A DNA stretch of 41,579 bases, taken from Psammoneis japonica. Its lineage: Eukaryota. Position 1 is the first letter of the stretch. Every line of letters starts with the position of its first letter. Shown one piece after another: positions 21,567-32,468 of the stretch. Location of the stretch: assembly GCA_008632985.1 (NCBI GenBank), contig QPGO01000357.1:1-41579 (forward strand), read 5' to 3'. Both the position numbers and the translations under genes were made by a program. Below the pieces are notes generated by a model. It was not told the origin of the DNA. It did not search any database and worked only from the letters and a program-made list of their open reading frames with translations.

Positions 21567-21964
21567 GTCATTAAATCAATCGTCAAATGATTGCACCCAC
21601 AGCACTGCTAAAGTGATCAGTGAAGTCATCATTTGTGCGGACAAAAATCCACGTGATGAGGTCATTCGATGACCGATTTCCCAACAACATTGATCAAAAA
21701 CAGCTTTGTCGCAGGGTGCGGTTATCCCCAGGCAGGGCCTAAACCCCCTCAACAAATTTTCAACTTTTTTCATCATTTTGACTTTGGCATGACGTTGTCA
21801 TGAGACTGAATGGAAAGTTTCAACACAAACAATTGACAAACATCGGTCATTGAACCAATCTTAAAATGATCACACCCAAGGCACTGCCAGCGCAATTAGT
21901 GAAGTCATCGTTTGTGCAGACAAAAAAACACGTGATGAGGTCATTCGATGACCGATTTGCCCAG
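21567..21964. repeat. ~279-bp tandem repeat (unit 21567-21845, partial unit from 21846); the preceding partial unit lies at 10151-10315
   Basis: gtgaagtcatc...cacgtgatgaggtcattcgatgaccgattt occurs twice; 21680-21845 aligns with 10151-10315. Confidence 0.82.
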
Positions 21965-22159
21965 AACTTAAACAGAAAACAGTTTTCCATTTAAATTTTA
22001 GTCAAATCGGTCACAGTCATCAGAGCAAAAATGAGGACATGAATGTCAATTGGCCGTCATTCTGGTCATCTACATGAGACAATCAAGCTGTGAGGGAAAA
22101 ACCATGGTGCAGCTGCATCCATCACGCCACCACCATGAATGGGTCCATGCGTCACGACA

Positions 22160-22237
22160 CCAAACAACAGGTGTTGTCCCTCCACCGGTGGATTCCGAGA
22201 CCAAACAACAGCTGTTGTCCCTCCACCAGTGGATTCC
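22160..22237. repeat. Two-copy 41-bp-period tandem repeat
   Basis: ccaaacaacag(g/c)tgttgtccctccacc(g/a)gtggattcc twice. Confidence 0.85.
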
Positions 22238-24236
22238 CCCCTTCCTCCTTCGGCGGCACATGTGCTGGTGGAGGCTGTTCTTCTGGTGGCATGGCAATCA
22301 AAGCACGAATGGTCGGTTGGTGCAGTGCCACGTCGACATCATAAAACAACAGGTCAATGGGTGGTGCGTGCAATGTGTGTCAGTCTTGCCTGCATGTGGA
22401 AAAAACACTGAATTGCTCTGTGGGAAATTTTCTGCTTTTTTCATGCTTTTTTAACTTTTGCGTGACGTCATCGTAATGCGGGGGTTGCATGTTCCAAAGC
22501 TCCGATTGGTTCCACTGGGCTCTGGGTGAGTCTCAATCACCTCCAGATGGAGGAGGTTCTGCTTGGGAATGATCATCCTGAGAAAAGTCATCACCACACC
22601 TCCTGTCGTGGATGCTCCTCTGCCATGCCCGCGCCCATGCAAGGAGCATCGACCAGTGCATTGGTGCTCGTTGATCCTGTGCCTTTGTTGTTCCAAGCAA
22701 AATCGCCTTGCTCTGCAAAAAAAAAGGCCCGCTTGCATCCACAGCAGTCGGAGCACGAGTGAGATTGTTTTGCCTTGTTGTTGCATTGTGCTTGATTACA
22801 GCACTCAATGACAAATGGCGGCAATGTCATCCACGGTCAATTTTAGATCCGATGAAAATGGGCCCAAACTTCAGGATTGCAAATCTGCTGTGTTTGGGTC
22901 ACAACAGCGGGTTTGACGGCACCGGCCAACATGGAAGAGACTGCTGTGTCAGGAACGGCAGGTGGGTGTGCGTCAGGTGGTGTGGGGGATGAAGAACGGG
23001 AGGTCGTCATGGTCAAGTCGTCGAAACACGTGATGTTTTGGTGTGTGCGCTGTCTTCCAAAAAGTGCGCTTCCGCACCCTTGGTTTTTGGTGGTTGGAGT
23101 TTTAGGGGAGAATGTGGCTCAGGATTTTTCCTGCTGCTGTTGGCATTTGTGTGCAAATGCACAAATGAACGCAAGAACATTTGTGCAAAAATGTGATGAA
23201 CAAGACACAAACTGCCACGCAACCATGACATCACCACATTCTCCCCCACCACAGGGGTGTGTCTGCTGGTTTTGCCATTTGCTGCGGTGTGAGTGACAGA
23301 CACACAGGAGAGAGACGGCGCGTGCATGCGCGTGCGGCACAAGTGTGGCACACGTGATGCGAGGAGGAGTCAGTGACCATGGCGGTGTCAAGTGTCAATC
23401 ACAACCTCCTCCAGCTGTTTCTCTGTGCACTTCAACAATGCAACAGGGTTCAGATGACTCCCATGATTTGTGATTGTTTGAAAGTGACAATGATTGTTTG
23501 AAAGTGACAATCGAAACACTCGGCATTTCGCTGCTTCGACTTGGTTCCATGAATGAGGATGACAGCCATCAGAAGTCAGAATCGAGCTCTTGTTGTGGAT
23601 CTGGACTTCTCGAGCAAACTCATCAGCACGTCTGCCACGTTTGTTTGGGCTGCTCACTGGCGCACTTTTTGATTGGCTGCTTGCTGCCCTTCTTCTTGCT
23701 GGTCTTGTTGCTGTCTCCAAACAATGCCAAATCTGGAAAGATGTTGGTTTTGCTGCTTGGTGCTGAAACAACTGGCAACATTTTGCCCAGCTGTGGGGGC
23801 TTGTGTCTCTGCAAGGGGCTGCGGCAGTTTTCGGAACACCCCTGCTGCACAACAGCCTTGGCAATTCAAGCATCATGCACAGCACATCTTGGCACATCCC
23901 CCATCAGTTGTCTCTTGTTGGAACCAAACATGGTGCACCACCCAGTTTTGTGTTTTGCTGTGGATGGTTGTCTTTGTGTTCATGTGCTTGCCATTTTGCT
24001 GGCAACCAGCCAAGGTGCAACTCATGTGCACACATCATCAACCAGAACAAGAAACAAGGATCATGGCAACAGCAAGGGAGGTTCCATTCAATGTGGTGTG
24101 ACAGTCAATGCCAGGGAAGAAGAGGATGCTTGGAGTGATGATGGCTTGCCTTGCGACCTTCTTGTGAAACCTGGCAAGAGTCAAAAGTGAGAGGACACCA
24201 GTGGTTGCCTTCTTGGGTGAGTTGAGCTTTGGATGC

Positions 24237-24627
24237 GACGCGTTCCAGCCCTAGGTGGGACTCCGTGTGACATTGGGCCCGTAGAATTCTACGTGCGAGC
24301 TCCGTAGTACGAGAATTTAATTAATGGATATATTTATCTTCAACATCAAATAAACGCCCAAGTTTGTGGTACAATTATGCCTCTTACCACTCGACGTTTT
24401 TGCAACTTCGCCTGCCCTACGCGATTCTAGAGACATTATAGAATCGCGCTGTAACAAAAAATGTCAAAAGTTGTTGGACGGATCGCTCAATAAGTGTACC
24501 GTAAAATGACACAAAATATCGAAAAAAATCACGTAGAAATCTACGTGCGCGACATACGACGAGACTCAAAAAACTGTCGATGTCACAGTTCAGCAGTGCG
24601 AGGTCCCACCTAGACCTGGAACGCGTC
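24237..24627. mobile_element. 391-bp MITE, largely TpA-intact copy of 12856-13245
   Basis: Same TIRs; 4-bp TSD atgc at 24233-24236 and 24628-24631. Confidence 0.93.
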
Positions 24628-24859
24628 ATGCTTCTTGCTGGCGTTGGGCTGGAGTGATGGCAGTCCAGCAAGTGTCGCACAAGCAAAAATGCTTTGCTCA
24701 GCGCTGGGAGCTTTTGGGTTGCAAGAACGACTGAAGAACAACTGTCTCACCACCTGGTTCAGAAACATCTTGTTGCTTGCTTTTTGCAACATCTCCATGC
24801 AGAACAGAAGAAGCTGCTTCCTCAGCACACAGTGCACAAGATGCTGCATCCTTGTCAGA

Positions 24860-25803
24860 TGCACTGTTGTTGTTCATCTTGCCCACTTGCTTGGATGCAC
24901 TCCTGCAGAAATGACAAGCTCGCGCAATGTTCAATGCGAAGAAAGAACATGACGTTGCAAATCAATTCACACCATCGCCATTTGGAGAGTCTGCATGCTC
25001 AAGAAAATGACAACAAAAATCAAGGCAACGAGGAAGAAGAGGAGCACAAATCCCAAGATGAACGAAACAATGATGACGATCCCTGCGCATTGTTGGCATC
25101 GGCATCAAGTCGCAGCATGGCATTTGTCGGACTGCACACCATGATTCTAGCCATGGGCCTGTCTCTGTGTGGATCGACGGCAATTGTTGGATTTGCATCG
25201 CTGCGAGGGGATTGCATCGCTCCGTGCTTTTCCAGTGACAATTTGAGCATGCGTGTCGGGATGTTTGGTGGAGCCATTGTTGTTTTTGCAAATTTGCTGC
25301 TGCTCTGTGCCGTGATTTTTGGGGAATTTCGAGTGAGCAAGCACAAAAGAATGCTGTGTGCAAGCTTTTGTTGCTTCTGCTGCTGTCTGTGGAAATGAGA
25401 CGTGTTGCCACACAACCACTGCCAACATGCAGCAGCTCTTGCCATTCATGTGCACAGACTTTCATTCAATGGACCTTCATTCAATGTTGCTTCATGCTCA
25501 ACATTTCGTTTTGCTTTTCTTTTGCAGGTGGAAGACTTTGTGGATCAACGAGAAAAGGAAGAGATGGAACCCTGTGCCGTGGAGCGAATGTCCAGCGCAT
25601 TGGCCATTGCTTGCATGTTTCTGAGTGTGCTGTACACGACATTGGCCGTCTTGCTCTTTTTGTGCTCTGAAAAATCAGAGGAACCAAAAAAAGTGGATGC
25701 GGACCACGAGTCGTCCCATCACACCAAGCCGTTGGTGACGGTTGGTCCTCGTGATCCAAACGTGTCGTCTTCAGGATTTCTTACAATGGAGACAACGACG
25801 TGG
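24860..25803 (+). pseudogene. Host-type multi-pass membrane protein gene or gene copy with intron 25333-25527, TpA-hypermutated
   Basis: Hydrophobic segments continue in frame across gtgagc...tttgcag; Cys/His stand where Tyr would be expected; TGG at 25801 is a probable former TAG stop (inference); 5' limit uncertain. Confidence 0.6.
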
Positions 25804-25981
25804 TCCACGTTTGGACCAAATCTAGAGTCGCAAAGCATCCACTTGGTGCATTGTGTTGGGATCTTCTTTTGCATTGGGCCTTTTTCATTGAGTTGACACT
25901 TTTGGCCATGTGTTGACTCTTGTTTAAAGCACTGCCTTCCTGCAAAGACTACTCTAGAGTAGCTAGTAGAGCTAAGAGTAC

Positions 25982-25993
25982 GTAGGGCCCTAC
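25982..25993. promoter_or_regulatory. Perfect palindrome GTAGGGCCCTAC upstream of the IPI1-like gene (second copy at 37050-37061)
   Basis: Exact 12-bp palindrome present twice, each upstream of a gene start; function inferred only. Confidence 0.35.
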
Positions 25994-26146
25994 CTCTGCT
26001 AGCTCTAGGCCGCTACTCTCTCTATGAGACCGGCAAACTCTTACTTGCTAGCTGGGGCCGGGGGCGGGGTGGCTAGTTGCGGATGGATGGACGGACGGAT
26101 TGTTCCGACAATGAAGTCTGTCAGTTATCCGTTGCATCTTTGCGCT

Positions 26147-26215
26147 ACACACACACACACACACCACACCCCACACACGCACGCACACGACACAGCGCAC
26201 AGCGCAGCACACAAC
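26147..26215. repeat. Imperfect (CA)n microsatellite in the 5' region of the IPI1-like gene
   Basis: acacacacacacacacaccacaccccacacacgcacgcacacg... Confidence 0.8.
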
Positions 26216-26261
26216 ATTTCTCATGAAAAAATAGCCAACGACAACAACCTATGTTTGCACC

Positions 26262-29014
26262 ATGTCTTCCAAACGCAACCGTAGTAGTAGCACAGGATCA
26301 GCCCCCAAGAAACGACTAAAAGCAAAAGTTGGAAAACGAGCTACCACCAAGAACGAGACGGACACTGATTTCAAGGCTGTTTCGGTACAGGTTTCACATC
26401 AACGAATTTCTGTAGAACAATCCTTGCAAGAATTGCTACCCAAAGCAAGTCATCCCTCGGCTGTGGTACGCAAATCATGTCTACAGACAATGTTGCAACA
26501 GAATTTGTTACAAGAAAATTCCGTTTCATCGCTGTGGATACCCGTCGTGACCAAGTGTGCCAGTGTCGATGAGGATGAGAGTGTGAGACGGGTGGGATTT
26601 CAAATTTTGCAACAAGAGTGTCTCGAGATATCGCCACATCATTTATCCATTATTCTGGCCTATGTGTCATCCGCCATGGTCCATCTCAATGTGGATATTC
26701 GGTTTCACGGATGCAAACTATTGACGCTCTTTTGTACTAACAACAACCACGTTTTGCGGGATCTGCAGTGCGTCTTTTTACCGCTCTTTCCGAGACTGCT
26801 AAGGGATGCCTCGAGTGTGACCAAGAGCGATTACAACAAGACCAATAAGTATGGTGAAAAATCCAAAAAGAAAAAGAGCACATTGGAAGATCGGTTATCG
26901 ATTGTGTTGGAGGCGCTCGTGGCGTTTCTAAAAGCATCGTTTTCACAACAACAAGCTTTGGCAGAGATGAGAGAATCATTTCCAATCGAATTTCGTACCG
27001 CTTCATCCAACGGTGTATTCGTATCTCCTTCGCGAGCAGTTTCTACAATAGATACACCAATTCAGAGCATGAGTGACTTTTGCAACATGTTGCAGCAACA
27101 ACAACAAGAATATTCTTTGGAAACGAAAAGTCGAGACTTGCCGTTTCCAACCGACTGCGTGTCGATCCTGGAACGACTCTGTGACGTGTTGATTGAGTTA
27201 CAACAACAGTCGAACAAGTCTTCTCCATCGCACCTATTGCTTGTACTGGAATCGGTTCGCATTCTGTGGAAACAAATCGTATCCTTGGAAAAGTTGTCGG
27301 GACGTTTGCTCAAGCTCTTGTTGGAACTCTATAATCCCATTCACGTGGGTAATTCTGCAAACATGGCATTATTACAAGTCAATACATTGTTGGTTTGTCT
27401 CTTGGTGGAACTTGGGCGTGATCAAAATAGCAACAAGGATTGGATGCATCCCGTTGTTTCGGTTTGTACTAGTACTACACAGAATTCGAGTAGTTTCGAG
27501 GCTATTGAAACCTTGTTGGGAGATTGGAACCCAAACGACAACGAGAACGACGACAACGACGACACTACGAGTAGTAGTGCCATGTGTCACGAGGTGTTTC
27601 AATCCGTGTGTGATTTGTACTTTTCTCATGACCAAGAAACAACGGTGGATCCATTGTCTTCCCGCAAAGCCGTAAAACTCGTGCTGGGTATAATCACTCG
27701 ATACAACAACGATTCGAATGACAATGTAAACGAAAAGTCTCGGAAGCGATTCATTGCCTTGACGAGAAATGTCATTTCAGGTTTACCAAAGTATATCACA
27801 GCATGGGACACATGTTATTCGGACGGTTCGACTGTGGTATGGAAGTTCTTGTTGGATGCGATACGAAAGCACGACTTGACCGAAAAGGAGAAAAATACAA
27901 TCATGACGAAGGATTTGATGCAAATATTGTCAACGGATACTTCTCGTTGTCTTTTTAAAGGTACGAAAAAGAAGCAACCAATTTTATTTGTACGGTATCC
28001 TGAGCATATCCAGCGTATAGTGGTGGCATTCCTCGGGACGCTAATTCAGTCTCATCACGAGGGCAACGCAGACACTATTGTACGGGGACTGGCCAAGTCG
28101 TGTCAACCACAAGCTACTACGCTGAGTCCTATGATTTGCGATTATGTGTTTGACGTGATGCACACGGTCCGACGATGCGTGTCTATGCAAACGTATTTGG
28201 AATTCGTCATGGACAGTGTGACTATCAAGGGCACGAAACAGAATGACAATCCAGACAAATGTATCTCGTGCCAAGCAATCATGAAACACGACGAGTCATT
28301 CAAGCGTGCGTGCCGTGCCCTTGTTGAATGTGGGAGTGCCTCCAAGGTTTTGATGGCTCTTGAGGAAGTCTTGTTGAGCTGGATTAGCAGTACGGAATCC
28401 TCTTGTCTCGATTCGATTCGAACCAAGCGGGCGGCAATTCTAGTGTTTGCGAGCTTTTCTCTACACCTCAACAGAGATGACTCGTCTGTGTTTCAAGTTC
28501 TGCCACATCTCTATGATCCCACAGCAAATGGCGTTTTTGTGACTTGCTTTCGAAGTTTATGTTTGCTAGTGAAAATGCCAGCAGTAGCAATAGCCAGTTT
28601 GACGCTCTGATTCGGCCCATCTTGGTGAGAAAATGACAGTCTCCTGAATTCGCATGCATGCTACTGTTTGTCGCATTTGCCGTTCTCATGTACATTGCCT
28701 CGTTTTCATAGGTCTTGATCAACTGCGAGCCTCGTTTACTATCGGCCATCTTTCAAGAAGCTGCCAATAGAATTGTTGGCTATGAGAAACATACGGACGA
28801 AGCAGAGGCATTCTCGTCCGATACGCTTCTCTTGCGAGCATTGATTAAACTGATTCCGTCACCAGAGATTGTCAGTGTGGTTCGACAAGAGTCGGAGCAA
28901 CTGAAAAGAAATTGTCAAACGATTGAGTCCCACATTGCAAACTGTGGATCTCGGAACGATCACCTCGGCGGGAACCTCCGGACAAGACTCGATGCGATTG
29001 TTGGATTTTCCTAA
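26262..29014 (+). CDS. IPI1: IPI1/TEX10-like Rix1-complex pre-rRNA processing protein; intron 28625-28711; apparent +2 frameshift at ~28535
   Basis: N-terminal KKRLKAKVGKR...NETDTDFKA...Q and SHPSAVVRK...DEDESVRR...SSAMVHLNVDIR match the Ipi1_N pattern. GT-AG intron is conserved in the duplicate. ggcgtttttgtg here versus ggcgtttgtg in the duplicate. Confidence 0.78.
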
Positions 29015-29558
29015 GACACGTAATGGCACCTAACGAATGCAAAGTGTTGCGGCTTCGACTGTGACTGCTTCTACGGCTCAAGCAAGCAATAAGTAGAAGG
29101 AGCACCAAATCGCAATGATTGGTGTGTCTACTACCATACTCCTCCTTCGCACTCTGTTGGCGCTGGAGGTGCAGTACGTTTGCTAGGAATGCGAACAATA
29201 CACTACTACTTCTCCGTTCGATGCATCATTTCATACACGTATTTTAACGCACACGACTTTGGTAGGTAAAGACAAAGTGTTCCTACACAAGTCTCTAGTT
29301 GCGGAAAAAATGGATTTCGTTTTGACATCTCATTAAAATAAACAAGAGTGGAGTTTCGATGGTAACGACATATCGCTTTGCGTTGTCCTCCATGCCAATG
29401 TCTGGCACACTGCCAGTTTCCTCTTCCATGGAGATTCTAAAATATAAATGTTGGAACAACAGGTGTAGTCTAGCAGGTCTGGATTTATAATATCGCAGAT
29501 CTCCCTATAGAATTTAGCGCCGTCTATCTTGACGTCCATCGCCTGTTTCCCGTGTTCT

Positions 29559-31175
29559 CATTGTTGGTTTGTCTCTTGGTGGAACTTGGGCGTGATCAAA
29601 ATAGCAACAAGGATTGGATGCATCCCGTTGTTTCGTTTTGTACTTGTACTACACAGAATTCGAGTAGTTTCGAGGCTATTGAAACCTTGTTGGGAGATTG
29701 GAACCCAAACGACAACGACGACGACAACACTACGAGTAGTAGTGCCATGTGTCACAAGGTGTTTCAATCCGTGTGTGATTTGTACTTTTCTCATGACCAA
29801 GAAACAACGGTGGATCCATTGTCTTCCCGCAAAGCCGTAAAACTCGTGCTGGGTATAATCACTCGATACAACGATTCGAATGACAATGTAAATGAAAAGT
29901 CTCGGAAGCGATTCATTGCCTTGACGAGAAATGTCATTATAGGTTTACCAAAGTATATCGCAACATGGGAAACATCCTATTTGGACGATTCCACTGTGGT
30001 ATGGAAGTTCTTGTTGGATACGATACGAAAGCACGACTTGACCGAAAAGGAGAAAAGTACAATCATGACGAAGGATCTGATGCAAATCTTGTCGACGGAT
30101 ACTTCTCGTTGTCTTTTTAAAGGTACAAAAAAGAAGCAACCAATGTTATTTGTACGGTATCCTGGGCATATCCAGCGTGTAGTGGTGGCATTCCTCGGGA
30201 CGCTAATTCAGTCTCACGAGGGCAACGCAGACACTATTTATTGTACGGGGACTCGCCAAGTCGTGTCAACCACAAGCTACTGCGCTGAGTCCTATGATTT
30301 GCGATTATGTGTTTGACGTGATGCACACGGTCCGACGATGCGTGTCTATGCAAACGTATTTGGAATTCGTCATGGACAGTGTGACTATCAAGGGAACGAA
30401 AAAAGATGACGATCCAGACGAATGTATCTCGTGCCAAGCAATCATGAAACACGACGAGTCATTCAAGCGTGCATGCCGTGCCCTTGTTGAATGTGGGAGT
30501 GCCTCCAAGGTTTTAATGGCTCTTGAGGAAGTCTTGTCGAGCTGGATTAGCAATACGGAACCCTCGTGTTTCGACTCGATTCGAACCAAGAGAGCGGCAA
30601 TCCTAGTGTTTGCGAGTTTTTCTCTACACCTCAACAGAGACGACTCGTCTGTGTTTGAAGTGCTGCCACATCTCTATGATCCCACAATAAGTGGCGTTTG
30701 TGACTTGCTTTCGAAGTTCATGTTTGCGAGTGAAAATGCCAGCAATAGCGATAGCCAGTTTGACGCTCTGATTCGGCCAATCATGGTGAGAAAATGGCAG
30801 TCTCCTGAATTCGCATGCATGCTACTGTTTGTCGCATTTGCCGTTCTCATGTACATTGCCTCGTTTTCATAGGTCTTGATCAACTGCGAGCCTCGTTTAC
30901 TATCGGCCATCTTTCAAGAAGCTGCCAATAGAATTGTGGGCTATGAGAAACATGTGGACGAAGCAGAGGCATCGTCGTCCGATACGCTTCTCTTGCGAGC
31001 ATTGATTGAACTGATTCCGTCACCAAGGATTGTCAGTGTGGTTCGACAAGAGTCGGAGGAACTGAAAAGACATTGTCAAACGATTGAGTCCCACATTGCA
31101 AACAGTGGATCTCGGAACGATCACCTCGGCGGGAACCTCCGGACAAGACTTGATGCGATTGTTGGATTTTCCTAG
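29559..31175 (+). pseudogene. 5'-truncated tandem duplicate of the IPI1-like gene (copy of 27385 onward); intron 30786-30872; +4 frameshift at ~30238
   Basis: High identity to 27385-29014, continuing into the 3' flank; actatttattgta versus actattgta. Confidence 0.9.
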
Positions 31176-31437
31176 TACACATACACTGTAATGTCACCCA
31201 ACGAATGCAAATTTTGTATCTTTGACCTGTGACTGCTTCTATGGCTCAAGCAAGCAATGAGTCGACGGAGCACCAAATCGCAATGATTTGTGTATCACGG
31301 CGGGTTTCATGGCTTATTTGCGCGCAATGCGGGCAAAGGCGGAGAGCGTCAGAAGAAGATAGAGTCTTCTATCATCATCATTTCGATACCTCTCCTCGCG
31401 TCCATACCATTCGCTACACTGCTTACAAACGTCAAGA

Positions 31438-32468
31438 ATGAAGTCCAATTCATGCATAGTGTTGTTTCTCATCAATTCTATTCGTTTGTCGTTTGCGAAT
31501 TATGTATTCAACGACACCAACATTCGCAAGGCGGTGCGTGTGTGGGTCGCCAATGAGACGCTCGCCAATGCCACCTATGGGCATATTTCAACTTGGAACA
31601 CTTCGCTGGTGACAGACATGTCCGTATTGTTCGCCCCCACTCTCACTTTTCCAGCCGAAACCTTCAACGACGATGTAAGGGGATGGGACACGTCCAACGT
31701 GGTAAATATGGCTGGTATGTTTGACGAAGCTTTGGCCTTTAATCAAGATATTGGAAAATGGAATGTCGGGTACGTATGAAGCCTTTGCGATGCTGTAGTT
31801 ACAGATCTTGTGTATTTTGCAAAGTGGAAATTGTTTGCGTTTCATTCGTTTGTTGCAAATCTTACACTCTACCAATTTCGTTTTCTCTAATCATATGAAG
31901 CTCCGTCACGAAAATGTTTGGAATGTTTGCGCGTGCTCGAGCCTTTAATCGAGATATTGGAGAATGGGACCTTTCTTCGGTCGAGGATTTGCAGTCCATG
32001 TTTGTTTCTGCCACCAATTTCACGGCAAACTCGATTCAGAACTGGAACACGTCATCTGTAACAACTATGCTGTACATGTTTCGTGGAGCCGTCAATGTCA
32101 ATGGCAGCTTTATCAACAGTTGGGATTTATCCAGTGTCCAAGACATGGCCTTTATGTTTGAAAAAACGCCCTCCTTTACACAGCAAGTATGTTTTGCGTC
32201 TCCTCTAGCTTACACAGTCAATATCACGGGTATGTTTTGCAATTCCAATGGAGAATTCGCCGTGGCTTGTCCTACCGTCTCTGCAGGACAGCGTGTCGAG
32301 TCAACACGAGGTTGCTCCATTGAACAAGTAACGCCGTCGCCGTCACCAACAATGACATTGGTACCGTCGGCGGCAACCAGCAGTAGCCTGTATGGCTCTC
32401 CTTGTCTTGTCATGCGGGTTTTTGCCATTGCAACGAGTTTGTTCATGGTCTTTACTACAATGGTTTGA
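31438..32468 (+). CDS. DUF285/BspA-like repeat surface protein with signal peptide and hydrophobic C-terminal tail; intron 31770-31900
   Basis: Repeats [63 protein letters not shown]. Splicing gtacgt...ctaat...ag joins [13 protein letters not shown] in frame. Ends in a Pro/Ser/Thr stalk and a hydrophobic tail. Confidence 0.9.

Larger units (their letters stand above)
10316..21567 (-). mobile_element. Ngaro-like tyrosine-recombinase retrotransposon block with split direct repeats (A1...B1-A2-B2); probably composite
   Basis: A1 21349-21566 = A2 10586-10803; B1 10804-10949 = B2 10316-10461. Removing the block rejoins a ~279-bp tandem repeat (...gacaaaaatcg|gtcatt...). Contains gag-RT-RH-YR, with no methyltransferase seen. 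Confidence 0.7.

Noticed and set aside
12..25896. Most short Cys/His-rich ORFs in the ORF track, as metal-binding proteins or an alternative genetic code
   Set aside because: They are by-products of TAA/TAG and Tyr-codon loss; genes at 26-37 kb use standard Tyr and TAA/TGA stops.
31438..32468. Bacterial contamination or recent HGT of the DUF285 gene
   Set aside because: It has a canonical spliceosomal intron and sits among eukaryotic genes; such repeats are common in algae.
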